A DNA stretch of 33,422 nucleotides from positions 1 to 33,422 of the forward strand of contig JAFAKI010000156.1 in NCBI GenBank assembly GCA_019235595.1. Reading direction: 5' to 3'. A program made the position numbers and the translations under genes. Source of the stretch: Mucilaginibacter sp. (lineage in GTDB: Bacteria; Bacteroidota; Bacteroidia; Sphingobacteriales; Sphingobacteriaceae). The notes beneath the pieces are model-generated. The model was given only the letters and a program-made list of their open reading frames with translations, did not search any database and was not told the origin of the DNA. Positions 1-9,185 of the stretch are shown in pieces. Position 1 is the stretch's first letter. Each line of letters begins with the position of its first letter.

Positions 1-1657
1 TCTCAAAATAACTCTCATATTTAATTTTTATTTCAGCCTGCTCGATAGTTTCTTTATCATATTTTGAGAGCAACTCATCAAGCGATGAATCAGCTTTTCT
101 CAAATCACCAAAGGCCACCTGAGGGCGACTCAATAAATTAAACAGTCTGACATTTTGAGAAAGAGGAGCGGTGCCCAACTCTTCCAAAAGTGGATTGATC
201 GAAACAGCTTCTGCCGATACATTTTTGGTGTAGGTTACGATGTTGTCCGAATCTTTTACTTTGCGATTTACCTTATCCATCCGCTCGTCACTGATCAGAC
301 CCAAGTCATATGCGATAGGAGTAAGTCTGATGTCAGCATTATCCTGGCGAAGTAACAGTCGGTGCTCAGCACGGGAGGTGAACATGCGATAGGGTTCTTC
401 GGTGCCTTTTGTTACCAGGTCGTCAATTAATACACCGATGTATGATTCAGAGCGTTTCATGATAAGCTCATGCTTATCATGTACTTTTTGATGCGCATTG
501 ATACCGGCAATGAAACCTTGTGACGCCGCTTCTTCGTAACCGGTAGTTCCGTTGATCTGTCCCGCGAAGAAAAGCTTGCTGACTAATTTGGTTTCTAATG
601 TCAGGTCCAATTGGGTAGGTGGGAAATAATCGTACTCTATTGCATATCCGGGCCTGAACATTTTTGCATTTTCAAAACCCGGTATTTGTGTGAGCGCTTT
701 GTATTGTACATCTTCGGGAAGGGAAGTCGAGAAACCATTTACATAAATTTCAACCGTATTGAATCCTTCCGGTTCTACGAATATCTGGTGGCGTTCGCGC
801 TCGGCGAAGCGGTTGATTTTGTCTTCGATAGATGGGCAATATCTTGGGCCCAGACCTTTGATCCGCCCTGTAAACATCGGTGACTTTTCGAAGCCCTCTT
901 TCAAGGTTTCGTGAACATTGGTGTTGGTATAAGTGATCCAGCAGCAGCGTTGTTCGCTTGGTCGTTCAACATCAGTAAAGGAAAAGCGACCCGCGTTTTC
1001 ATCGCCCCATTGCTCTTCCATAACGCTATAGTTTAGCGTGCGGCCATCCACTCGGGGAGGGGTGCCGGTCTTCATTCTACCCGCCTCAAAGCCTATTTCA
1101 ACCAGCTGTTCAGTTAGTCCTGTTGCTGCTTTTTCACCTGTGCGACCGCCTCCATATTTCTTTTCACCGATATGGATAACGCCATTCAAAAAGGTACCGT
1201 TAGTCAGCACGACTGCGTTGCATTCTATTTCTACACCTAATGATGTTCGAACACCTTTTACAGCATTCTCTTTTACAATTAAGGACGAAACCATATCCTG
1301 CCAGAAGTCGACATTGGGTGTTCTTTCCAAAGCCAAACGCCATTCTTCAGCAAAGCGCATGCGGTCGTTTTGTGTGCGGGGGCTCCACATAGCCGGACCT
1401 TTAGAAAGGTTCAGCATGCGGAATTGTATAGTGGTTTTATCCGCGATAATACCCGAGTATCCACCCATCGCGTCTATTTCGCGCACTATTTGTCCTTTCG
1501 CCACACCACCCATAGCGGGGTTGCAACTCATCTGTGCTATCGTCCCCATATTCATGGTGATTAATAAAACAGAGGAGCCAAGGTTAGCCGCCGCGGCAGC
1601 TGCCTCACATCCGGCATGGCCGGCACCCACAACTATTACATCATATTTCTTAAACAT
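1..1657 (-). CDS. mnmG: tRNA uridine-5-carboxymethylaminomethyl(34) synthesis enzyme MnmG (GidA); 3' end runs off the window
   Basis: Absent from the ORF track because there is no stop in the window. Manual translation from ATG 1657 gives [27 protein letters not shown]...[24 protein letters not shown], and later [20 protein letters not shown] and [14 protein letters not shown], all GidA signatures. Confidence 0.97.
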   Translation of the reverse strand, partial: MFKKYDVIVVGAGHAGCEAAAAAANLGSSVLLITMNMGTIAQMSCNPAMGGVAKGQIVREIDAMGGYSGIIADKTTIQFRMLNLSKGPAMWSPRTQNDRMRFAEEWRLALERTPNVDFWQDMVSSLIVKENAVKGVRTSLGVEIECNAVVLTNGTFLNGVIHIGEKKYGGGRTGEKAATGLTEQLVEIGFEAGRMKTGTPPRVDGRTLNYSVMEEQWGDENAGRFSFTDVERPSEQRCCWITYTNTNVHETLKEGFEKSPMFTGRIKGLGPRYCPSIEDKINRFAERERHQIFVEPEGFNTVEIYVNGFSTSLPEDVQYKALTQIPGFENAKMFRPGYAIEYDYFPPTQLDLTLETKLVSKLFFAGQINGTTGYEEAASQGFIAGINAHQKVHDKHELIMKRSESYIGVLIDDLVTKGTEEPYRMFTSRAEHRLLLRQDNADIRLTPIAYDLGLISDERMDKVNRKVKDSDNIVTYTKNVSAEAVSINPLLEELGTAPLSQNVRLFNLLSRPQVAFGDLRKADSSLDELLSKYDKETIEQAEIKIKYESYFE

Positions 1658-1667
1658 TTTACCTCCA

Positions 1668-1683
1668 TGTTCCACGTGGAACG
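1668..1683. promoter_or_regulatory. parS-type ParB-binding palindrome TGTTCCACGTGGAACG
   Basis: 15/16 match to the palindrome TGTTCCACGTGGAACA; intergenic, just upstream of mnmG. Confidence 0.85.
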
Positions 1684-1708
1684 TACAAAATTACATTCAA
1701 TTACCCGA

Positions 1709-1724
1709 TGTTCCACGTGGAACT
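1709..1724. promoter_or_regulatory. parS-type ParB-binding palindrome TGTTCCACGTGGAACT
   Basis: 15/16 match; starts 41 bp after the start of the first copy. Confidence 0.85.
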
Positions 1725-1945
1725 TAAAATAATGATACTAACGCAACAAACGCCCAAACGCCTTCTAGTATAACAAAAGGGTAAAAGCTCACCATCCACG
1801 AAGCAAAACAGCATATACCTGCGCCAACAAAATTCAATAAACTATATATTTTATTCTCTGCTGGAAGCTTCTTGTAAAGGTTCAGCAGGAATGCGATCAA
1901 TAGAATGATTACGCCTATGGATGCTATAATGTCTGAAACCTTCAT
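1724..1945 (-). CDS. Small membrane protein (CBU_0592-like, about 3 TM)
   Basis: 73 aa, hydrophobic; Y.LLN.VGA and PFVILEGVW pattern; starts 1 nt after the ABC-F stop. Confidence 0.7.
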   Translation of the reverse strand: MKVSDIIASIGVIILLIAFLLNLYKKLPAENKIYSLLNFVGAGICCFASWMVSFYPFVILEGVWAFVALVSLF

Positions 1946-1946
1946 T

Positions 1947-3815
1947 TTATGCTTCGTTTAGTTCTGTTAGCTCCATCCAACGGATGCTTTTCTCATCTAA
2001 TTGATTGTTCAAAGCCTCAATTTGCTGGGACATCTCACCCAGTTTTTGATGATCGGATATGCCCGAATTCATCTCTTCAGACAACGTTTTTATTTTGATT
2101 TCGATTGCCGCAATCTCTTTGTCCAACGTTTCCAATTCCTTCAGTTCTTTAAAGGCTAACTTGTTCTTTTTGGGTTGAGGCTTCGATTCTGTCTTTTCGG
2201 TTACAACTGCAGCTTTAGCCTGTTGCTTGGATATCTCCAATTCATAGCGATAAGAGGAGTAGTTGCCATTAAATATCCTAACGTTCCCGTCACCTTCCAT
2301 AATGAAAAGCTGATCGGTGAGTTTATCCAGTAAATAACGATCGTGCGACACCAGCATAAGTACACCTGTGTAATTGGTTAGGAATTCTTCCAGTACATTC
2401 AGCGTATCTATATCCAGGTCGTTGGTAGGCTCATCCAGTATCAGGAAGTTGGGGTTCTTCATCAATATCTGAAGTAATTGCAAACGCTTTTTCTCACCGC
2501 CGCTTAGTTTAGATATAAACCCGTGCTGTTTTTTAGGTGGGAATAAGAACAGGGTTAGCAGGGCAGAGGCAGAAATCGTCTTCCCATCAGCCATAGTAAT
2601 AAACTCGGCAACATTCTTTACCACATCAATCACACGGTCATCTTCCTTAAAGCTCATGCCCGACTGGTGGAAGTAGCCCATTACAGTCGTTTCCCCTGGC
2701 ACGATCTCGCCTTTGTCAGGCTGCAAATTGCCGGTGATCATGTTTAATAGGGTGGACTTACCACTGCCATTCTTACCCGCAAGGCCTATCCGATCACCTT
2801 TTTTAAATACATAATTAAAATCAGCAACAAACGACTGCCCGTTGAAGGCTTTGTATAAATGATGCAGCTCTAATATCTTGTTTCCCTGGCGGGATGTTTT
2901 CACGCTCAGTTCGACTTTAGCCTTGGGCCCGGCGTTTTTGGTTTTCTCTTCCAGATCATAATAGGCGTCTATTCGGGCCTTCGATTTGGTTCCCCGGGCC
3001 TGCGGCTGTCTGCGCATCCATTCCAATTCTTTTCGAAGTAGGTTCGAGTTCTTTTGAAATTGCGCTTCTGATTCCGCTTCACGCTCGGCTTTCTTCTCCA
3101 GGTAATGTCCGTAGTTGCCGTTATATGGGATAACTTTACCATTATCCAGTTCCAGTATCTCATTACACACATTATCCAGGAAGTACCGGTCGTGCGTTAC
3201 CATCACGATAGTTTTACCGCCTTCAGTCAGCAACTTTTCCAGCCATTCAATGGTATCAATGTCCAAATGGTTGGTGGGCTCATCCAGAAGATAAACCTCC
3301 GGGTCTTCAATTAGTAATCTGGCTAAAGCCAATCGTTTCTTCTGGCCGCCCGATAGCGTATCTATTTTTTGATTGAGGTGATGAATATCCAATCGCCCTA
3401 AAATGGTCTTAATCTTATATTCATACTCCCAGGCGTTATGGTTACTGATCTCCTCGGTGACTTTATCTATAGCTTTAGTATTATTAGGATCATTTTCCAG
3501 CAGGTTCTCATACTCTCTAATCAACTGCTGCTGCTTATTATCCGAATGAAAGATATAATCGCTGATAGTATAAGCCTTATCAAAAGTTGGATCTTGTTCC
3601 AAATAACCCATTCGCAGGTCTCGCGCCTGCACAACCTTTCCCTCAACGGGCAAAAATTGTCCGGCTAGTAATTTCAATAGGGTAGACTTGCCCGCCCCAT
3701 TTACACCCACCAGCGCTACACGCCGGCCACGGTTGATGCCGATGGTCAGGTTTTTAAACAGCCAATGGTCATGAAATGAATGACCTAAATTTTCAGCAGA
3801 TAGATACGTACTCAC
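1947..3815 (-). CDS. ABC-F family ATP-binding protein (Uup/YfmR-like)
   Basis: Two ABC domains (GVNGAGKST/LSGGQ/LLDEPTNHLD and GKNGSGKST/LSGGE/LILDEPTNDLD), linker ELEWMRRQPQARGTKSKARI, C-terminal coiled coil, no TM segments. Confidence 0.93.
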   Translation of the reverse strand: MSTYLSAENLGHSFHDHWLFKNLTIGINRGRRVALVGVNGAGKSTLLKLLAGQFLPVEGKVVQARDLRMGYLEQDPTFDKAYTISDYIFHSDNKQQQLIREYENLLENDPNNTKAIDKVTEEISNHNAWEYEYKIKTILGRLDIHHLNQKIDTLSGGQKKRLALARLLIEDPEVYLLDEPTNHLDIDTIEWLEKLLTEGGKTIVMVTHDRYFLDNVCNEILELDNGKVIPYNGNYGHYLEKKAEREAESEAQFQKNSNLLRKELEWMRRQPQARGTKSKARIDAYYDLEEKTKNAGPKAKVELSVKTSRQGNKILELHHLYKAFNGQSFVADFNYVFKKGDRIGLAGKNGSGKSTLLNMITGNLQPDKGEIVPGETTVMGYFHQSGMSFKEDDRVIDVVKNVAEFITMADGKTISASALLTLFLFPPKKQHGFISKLSGGEKKRLQLLQILMKNPNFLILDEPTNDLDIDTLNVLEEFLTNYTGVLMLVSHDRYLLDKLTDQLFIMEGDGNVRIFNGNYSSYRYELEISKQQAKAAVVTEKTESKPQPKKNKLAFKELKELETLDKEIAAIEIKIKTLSEEMNSGISDHQKLGEMSQQIEALNNQLDEKSIRWMELTELNEA

Positions 3816-4468
3816 GCTAATAACTTTATTTTGTCGGAAGCATGCACAAATACACCTTCCTGTTTCTGTAATGATTCATTAAACATTGCCCTGGCCACTG
3901 TTCCGGCAGAGATGCTCCTGTATTTCTTTAACCTTCCGGCTAATAAAGGATCGACCACTTTCATCAACCCAATGATAAGCCTTTCTGTCGGTCGCGATTC
4001 TTTCCTGCCTCCCGTCAACACTGATGGCTGATAGATATGCAAACAGTTCAATCCAATTTTTTCAATAGCTTCTTCAACCTCGCCTTTCATCTTCGTATAA
4101 AAGTTCGATGAATGACTACTAGCTCCGATAGCCGATACCAAATGGTATTGTTCAACGCCGTTTTGCTTTGCGATCTGCGCTAACTTTAACGGATAATCAT
4201 GATCGATCTTGCGATACACTGTCAAATCAGGTGTCTTTTTCCTGGTTGATCCTAAACAACAGAACAGCGCATGGTCTGTAATTGCAGCCGCATGATCATC
4301 CAACCTATCAAAATCGATCACCAACTGAACCAGCTTTTTATGGCTGATTGGTAATTCTTTTCGCACTAAAATCAGAACTTCGTCATAGTAGGGTTCATGC
4401 AATAATATGTTCAGTAATTTACTGCCAATTAGTCCGCTTGCGCCAGCTATAACTGCCTTATTTGACAT
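3812..4468 (-). CDS. NAD(P)H-binding atypical SDR (YraR/TIP30-like)
   Basis: AGASGLIG Rossmann motif, CCLGST, VSAIGA...FYTKMKGEVE; its stop overlaps the ABC-F GTG start. Confidence 0.85.
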   Translation of the reverse strand: MSNKAVIAGASGLIGSKLLNILLHEPYYDEVLILVRKELPISHKKLVQLVIDFDRLDDHAAAITDHALFCCLGSTRKKTPDLTVYRKIDHDYPLKLAQIAKQNGVEQYHLVSAIGASSHSSNFYTKMKGEVEEAIEKIGLNCLHIYQPSVLTGGRKESRPTERLIIGLMKVVDPLLAGRLKKYRSISAGTVARAMFNESLQKQEGVFVHASDKIKLLA

Positions 4469-4564
4469 AAGAAGTTCATAATTTTAGGCAAAAGTACGGA
4501 ATCTAAATTTGTGGAATAAAAATTGTGTGTTTAAACATGTAATTTGGAGGAAACAATCAAAATC

Positions 4565-5275
4565 ATGAAGAAAACAATTCACCCTGCTAACGAACGCGGG
4601 CATAACGACATCGGTTGGTTAAAAGCTAATTTCTCATTTAGCTTCGGGCCTTACTATAACCCTGCTAAAGTGCATTTTGGCGCATTGCGTGTGCTGAACG
4701 ACGATATTATTGCCGGAGGTACTGGTTTTGGTACTCACCCGCACGATAATATGGAGATCATCACCATTCCTATTTCAGGAGCTTTGGAACATCGCGATAG
4801 CATGGGTAATATCGGCGTGATCACCGCCGGTGAGGTTCAAGTCATGTCGGCAGGTACCGGTATACAACATTCAGAATACAATCATTCTAAAACTGAAGAT
4901 GCCAATACCCTGCAGATATGGCTTTTCCCAAAGGAAATGAATATAGAGCCGAGGTATGACCAAAAAAACTTTAACGACGGGTTGACGCCTAACCAGTTTA
5001 CCACTTTGGTATCTCCGGTAAAAGGAGGCGAAGCGCTTTGGATCAACCAGGACGCCATATTTTCAATGGGGGACTTTGAGCCCGGGCAGAAAATAAAATA
5101 CGATATCCAGATACCCGGAAACGGCGCTTACATCTTCGTAATTGAAGGTAAAATAGCTGTGGACGGCACCGATTTAAACAAAAGGGATGCTTTAGGTGTT
5201 GAAGATACTAGTTCATTTACCATTGAAACCCTAAAACAGTCACGTATTTTGATCATGGAAGTGCCTATGAGATAA
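4565..5275 (+). CDS. Pirin family protein (YhhW-like)
   Basis: FGALRVLNDD, GFGTHPHDNMEI, MSAGTGIQHSEYN, LQIW; ATG 4565 preferred over TTG 4544. Confidence 0.93.
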   Translation: MKKTIHPANERGHNDIGWLKANFSFSFGPYYNPAKVHFGALRVLNDDIIAGGTGFGTHPHDNMEIITIPISGALEHRDSMGNIGVITAGEVQVMSAGTGIQHSEYNHSKTEDANTLQIWLFPKEMNIEPRYDQKNFNDGLTPNQFTTLVSPVKGGEALWINQDAIFSMGDFEPGQKIKYDIQIPGNGAYIFVIEGKIAVDGTDLNKRDALGVEDTSSFTIETLKQSRILIMEVPMR

Positions 5276-5357
5276 ATAGGTGCTTGCCGGACCAAAGGTT
5301 TTTGAACTGTAAAAAACAATTTGAAATAAAGTTGTTGTAACAGCCAATCAATAACCT

Positions 5358-6131
5358 ATGGCAGAACAGGCATTATCCGGATGGAAAAAGTGGCTTGAAG
5401 GCAGCGGCGACCAGGTTATATTTTTAAAAGGATTTTTTAGAAATATGTTCCGCGGCGGCTTCGAGTGGTCGGAATTTGTACGTCAGTGCTACGAAATAGG
5501 CTATAAGTCATTCACCCTGGTGGGCGTAACAGCATTTATAATGGGGTTGGTTTTAGCTTTACAGCTGAGGCCAACCCTTGTTAGTTTTGGGGCCGAGAGC
5601 ATGTTGCCGCGTACCCTGGCTATTTCCATTATTCGGGAAATTGGCCCTGTAATAACGGCGCTGATCTGTGCCGGTAAGATCGCCTCTGGTATAGGTGCTG
5701 AGCTCGGAAGCATGAAAGTAACTGAGCAAATTGATGCTATGGATGTATCCGGTGCAAACCCGATGCAATACCTAGTGGTGACGCGCATACTGGCTACAAC
5801 TTTTATGGTACCATTGCTCACCCTGCTGGGCGATGTTATAGGATTGGCCGGCGGCTTCCTGGCTATCAATATTAACGGCAAAGTCACCCTGATGCTCTAT
5901 TATAGCAAATGCATCGATTCTATAGGCTTTTCTGATCTTCTGCCTGCATTTATCAAGACCATCTTCTTTGGCTTTGTAATAGGCTTTATAGGCTGTTATA
6001 AGGGCTACAATTCAAATAAGGGCACCGAGAGTGTCGGAATATCAGCAAACTCAGCCGTCGTAGCTGCATCCCTCTGGATATTCGTCATTGACGCTATTGT
6101 TGTACAGGTCAGCAACATCATTATCTATTGA
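5358..6131 (+). CDS. mlaE: MlaE-family lipid ABC transporter permease
   Basis: IREIGPVITAL, AELGSMKVTEQIDAM motifs. Confidence 0.9.
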   Translation: MAEQALSGWKKWLEGSGDQVIFLKGFFRNMFRGGFEWSEFVRQCYEIGYKSFTLVGVTAFIMGLVLALQLRPTLVSFGAESMLPRTLAISIIREIGPVITALICAGKIASGIGAELGSMKVTEQIDAMDVSGANPMQYLVVTRILATTFMVPLLTLLGDVIGLAGGFLAININGKVTLMLYYSKCIDSIGFSDLLPAFIKTIFFGFVIGFIGCYKGYNSNKGTESVGISANSAVVAASLWIFVIDAIVVQVSNIIIY

Positions 6132-6132
6132 T

Positions 6133-6909
6133 ATGGAAGACAAGGAAACTATAGAAGAGTTAAAGCAACCTTCTTCCAAAAAGAAGGAAGTTGTGATCCA
6201 TATCAAAGGATTGAAGAAGGCATTTGGTGAAAAGGAAGTGCTTAAAAACATCAATTTGGACGTTCATCGGGGAGAAAATGTAGTTATCCTGGGTAAATCA
6301 GGCACGGGCAAGTCTGTTACCATTGAATGCATAGCAGGAATGCTTGCACCTGACGAAGGCGAAGTGAAGGTATTTGGCGACGAAGTGGCAGGAATGACGG
6401 AGAAGCAGTTAAAAGAACTGCGTACCAAGATCGGATTCCTGTTTCAGAGCGGGGCATTGTATGACTCAATGACCGTGCGAGAGAACCTTGAATTTCCGCT
6501 TAAAAGAGTGCTAAAGGTGCGGGATCAGGCGGAAATAGACTCGCGTATTGAAGAAGCACTAGATGGTGTAGGCTTGATGGATGCCATAGAAAAAATGCCC
6601 TCTGAACTTTCTGGAGGTATGCGGAAACGGCTGGGGTTGGCGCGCACACTGATCGTTAAGCCGGAGATCATGCTTTATGATGAACCGACAACCGGCTTGG
6701 ATCCGGTCACCTCGCGGGAAATAAGTCAGCTGATACTGAAAATGCAGAAGAAATACAAAACTACGTCGATCATCATTACGCACGATATGGAATGCGCTGA
6801 GATTACAGCCGACCGTGTGGTGGTGATGAATGACGGGGAATATATAGCAGAAGGCTCATTTGAGGATATAAAAAGATCAAAAGACGAGTTTGTACGCTCA
6901 TTTTTTTAA
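6133..6909 (+). CDS. mlaF: MlaF-like ABC transporter ATP-binding subunit
   Basis: GKSGTGKS, FQSGALYDSMTV, ELSGGMRKR, YDEPTTGLDP; ATG 6133 follows the mlaE stop by 1 nt. Confidence 0.88.
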   Translation: MEDKETIEELKQPSSKKKEVVIHIKGLKKAFGEKEVLKNINLDVHRGENVVILGKSGTGKSVTIECIAGMLAPDEGEVKVFGDEVAGMTEKQLKELRTKIGFLFQSGALYDSMTVRENLEFPLKRVLKVRDQAEIDSRIEEALDGVGLMDAIEKMPSELSGGMRKRLGLARTLIVKPEIMLYDEPTTGLDPVTSREISQLILKMQKKYKTTSIIITHDMECAEITADRVVVMNDGEYIAEGSFEDIKRSKDEFVRSFF

Positions 6910-6920
6910 AAACCTCTACT

Positions 6921-7685
6921 ATGAAAACAACAACCGGACAGAAAATAAAAATCGGGGGCTTTGTGCTCGTCGGCCTGGCGGTGCTCATTGCCGGGATATT
7001 CCTGATAGGGAATAAGAAAGGGCTGTTTACCAAAACGTTCGAAGTACATGGTATGTTCAAGAACGTAAATGGGTTACAGATGGGGAATAATGCTCGTTTT
7101 GCCGGCATAAACGTCGGTGTAGTGAAGGATATCGTGATAGTTAACGATACTACTGTAAAAGTAGTACTCACACTGAACGAAGACGTACGAAAGTTTATCA
7201 AAAAGGACGCAAAACTAAGCATCAGCAGCGACGGCTTAATGGGAGATAAGCTGATCGTAATATCACCGGGAGGGACGAATAATACACAGGGAGTAGTAAA
7301 CGGAGATCAATTGACCGGTGTAAATCCATTCGATGTGGACAGACTGGTTAATAAGTTTAGTAAGATAGCCGATGATGCCGGTGAGTTAGTAGGGGGCCTT
7401 TCAGAGATCGTAGACAAGGTAAACCATGGCAAGGGGAGTATAGGAAGGCTGCTAAATAACGATAAAATGGCCAAGGACCTGGAGGGCACGGTAAAACAAG
7501 CTAAAACTACCATAGCCAATGTGCATCAAACTACAGGGACCTTAAATGAGGATTTGAAAGCGGCGCAAAGCAATTTTCTGCTTAAAGGGTTCTTTAAGAA
7601 GAAGAAAAAGCTGGAAAAAGCCCGTCAGGATTCAATAAAAAAGACTCAGGACCAACAAAAACAAGTCGATCAGCCCAAGCCATAA
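6921..7685 (+). CDS. mlaD: MlaD/MCE-domain protein
   Basis: N-terminal TM, NVNGLQMGNNARFAGINVGVV, DGLMGDKLIVISPG, coiled-coil tail. Confidence 0.88.
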   Translation: MKTTTGQKIKIGGFVLVGLAVLIAGIFLIGNKKGLFTKTFEVHGMFKNVNGLQMGNNARFAGINVGVVKDIVIVNDTTVKVVLTLNEDVRKFIKKDAKLSISSDGLMGDKLIVISPGGTNNTQGVVNGDQLTGVNPFDVDRLVNKFSKIADDAGELVGGLSEIVDKVNHGKGSIGRLLNNDKMAKDLEGTVKQAKTTIANVHQTTGTLNEDLKAAQSNFLLKGFFKKKKKLEKARQDSIKKTQDQQKQVDQPKP

Positions 7686-7715
7686 AAAAGGCCCCCCGAT
7701 TATATCGGGGAGCCT
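7685..7715. terminator. Intrinsic terminator hairpin between convergent mlaD and gpx; U-tract on the minus strand
   Basis: AAAAAGGCCCCCCGAT-TAT-ATCGGGGAGCCT. Confidence 0.7.
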
Positions 7716-7740
7716 CAGTAGAATATCCCGGTGGAATTTA

Positions 7741-8250
7741 TTATAAATACTTAGTCAGTTCAGGAGAAAGCGGGGTAACGGTTGAACGGAAGCGGTGAAT
7801 CAATTTGCCGTTTTCGTCGATCAGGAATTTTTCGAAGTTCCATTTGATCTCACCCGTAAAATCAGGATTTGGCGCTTCTGTCAGGTATTTGAATAATGGA
7901 TCGATGTCGTCACCTTTGACACTTATTTTTTGGCTTAAAGGGAAGGTAACTCCATAATTTTTCTGGCAGAATGATTTGATTTCCAACGCGTTTCCTGGCT
8001 CCTGTTGACCAAAGTTGTTGGCAGGGAAACCAATCACAACTACTTTATCCTTGTATTGATCGGCAAGCTTTTGCAGCTCGGCGTACTGAGGTGTAAAACC
8101 GCATTTTGATGCCGTGTTTACGATCAATAATTTTTTGCCTTTGTATTTGGCTAAAGAGAATGGTTCTCCATCAATGTTTTTTAGCTTAAAATCATAGACG
8201 GAAGCAGGAGCAACGAATAAAAGCGTTAAAAAGATTGCTAATATTTTCAT
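7741..8250 (-). CDS. Glutathione peroxidase family protein (Cys type), probably exported
   Basis: VNTASKCGFTPQY, GFPANNFGQQEPG, IKWNFEKFLID; start MKILAIFLTLLFVAP resembles a signal peptide. Confidence 0.92.
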   Translation of the reverse strand: MKILAIFLTLLFVAPASVYDFKLKNIDGEPFSLAKYKGKKLLIVNTASKCGFTPQYAELQKLADQYKDKVVVIGFPANNFGQQEPGNALEIKSFCQKNYGVTFPLSQKISVKGDDIDPLFKYLTEAPNPDFTGEIKWNFEKFLIDENGKLIHRFRSTVTPLSPELTKYL

Positions 8251-8333
8251 GGTGTTAAATTTTGGTTTCGTTTTAAAGTGCTGAGTAAAAATACACTTAT
8301 AAAACCGCAATTGTTTGAAAATAACTATCCGAA

Positions 8334-8762
8334 TTATGTAAAATTTCTCTGACCCAAATAATGGTCTTCCTTACCTGTCATTATTTTCTTTTTTTCTGCT
8401 GTTTTGTCTGGATAGCCAAGCAAATGCAAGGCGCCGTGGATGATCACCCTATGGAGTTCATTTGCCTCGCCAGAGTTAAACTTTACAGCATTTTCGCGGA
8501 TACGGTCGATAGAAATGAAAATATCACCTTCTATAACACCTTGTTTCTCGGAGTTATCAAAGGTGACAATGTCTGTGTAGGTGTCATGATTTAAATACTG
8601 CTGATTGATAGTCAGCAGGTATTCGTCTGAGCAGAAAATATAGTTGAGTTCTTTAAGCTTGTAACCCTCGGCTTCAATAGTGGCTTTTACCCAATGTTTT
8701 ACCGCTGTTTTATTTTTTAGTTTAAAGCTGATATCCTCTTCAAAAAAGTTTATGGAGGGCAT
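8334..8762 (-). CDS. ybeY: rRNA maturation RNase YbeY
   Basis: HDTYTDIVTF, GDIFIS, HRVIIHGALHLLGY. Confidence 0.95.
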   Translation of the reverse strand: MPSINFFEEDISFKLKNKTAVKHWVKATIEAEGYKLKELNYIFCSDEYLLTINQQYLNHDTYTDIVTFDNSEKQGVIEGDIFISIDRIRENAVKFNSGEANELHRVIIHGALHLLGYPDKTAEKKKIMTGKEDHYLGQRNFT

Positions 8763-9184
8763 TATATTTTAAAATGAAGTTCAACTTCATTTCCTTTTTG
8801 GTTAAATATGCACTGATCGGCAAGCTGTTTTACAATGAAAACACCACGGCCGGTTAAACTTTCAAGGTTTTCTTCGGCAGTTGGGTCAGGCAGGTGGTCA
8901 TAGTCAAAGCCTTCACCTTCGTCAGTTACCGTCCATATAACGCGCTTCGCATCCACTTCAGCGTTAATGATCACCTTTTTGTTCTCGTCTAATTTGTTGC
9001 CATGTACAATCGCATTAATAGCAATCTCGTTCAGGCAAGTCATCATATTAGCAAAGGTATCTTCGCTAACCTGGTGCTTATCTGCTATCTGCTCTATTAA
9101 AAGCTCCAGCTGCGATATGCTCTCCGGTTTAGAAGGGAGCTGTAAAGTATAAAGCTCGCTGGTTTGTACGTTCGCTTCTTGCAT
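8762..9184 (-). CDS. RsbW-like HATPase_c (anti-sigma factor/Ser kinase-like) protein
   Basis: EIAINAIVHGN (N box), DEGEGFD (G1), GRGVFIV (G2); ATG 9184 follows the upstream stop by 1 nt. Confidence 0.85.
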   Translation of the reverse strand: MQEANVQTSELYTLQLPSKPESISQLELLIEQIADKHQVSEDTFANMMTCLNEIAINAIVHGNKLDENKKVIINAEVDAKRVIWTVTDEGEGFDYDHLPDPTAEENLESLTGRGVFIVKQLADQCIFNQKGNEVELHFKI

Positions 9185-9185
9185 G

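Noticed and set aside
1658-1724. Possible oriC upstream of mnmG
   Set aside because: The gap is only about 65 bp, and I saw no cluster of TTATCCACA-like DnaA boxes or an unwinding element.
1038-1727. 229-aa plus-strand ORF, and the smaller plus ORFs at 155-883 and 1370-1564
   Set aside because: Antisense shadows of mnmG, which occupies the minus strand.
7741-8250. Selenocysteine in the glutathione peroxidase
   Set aside because: The active-site codon is TGC (Cys); there is no in-frame TGA.
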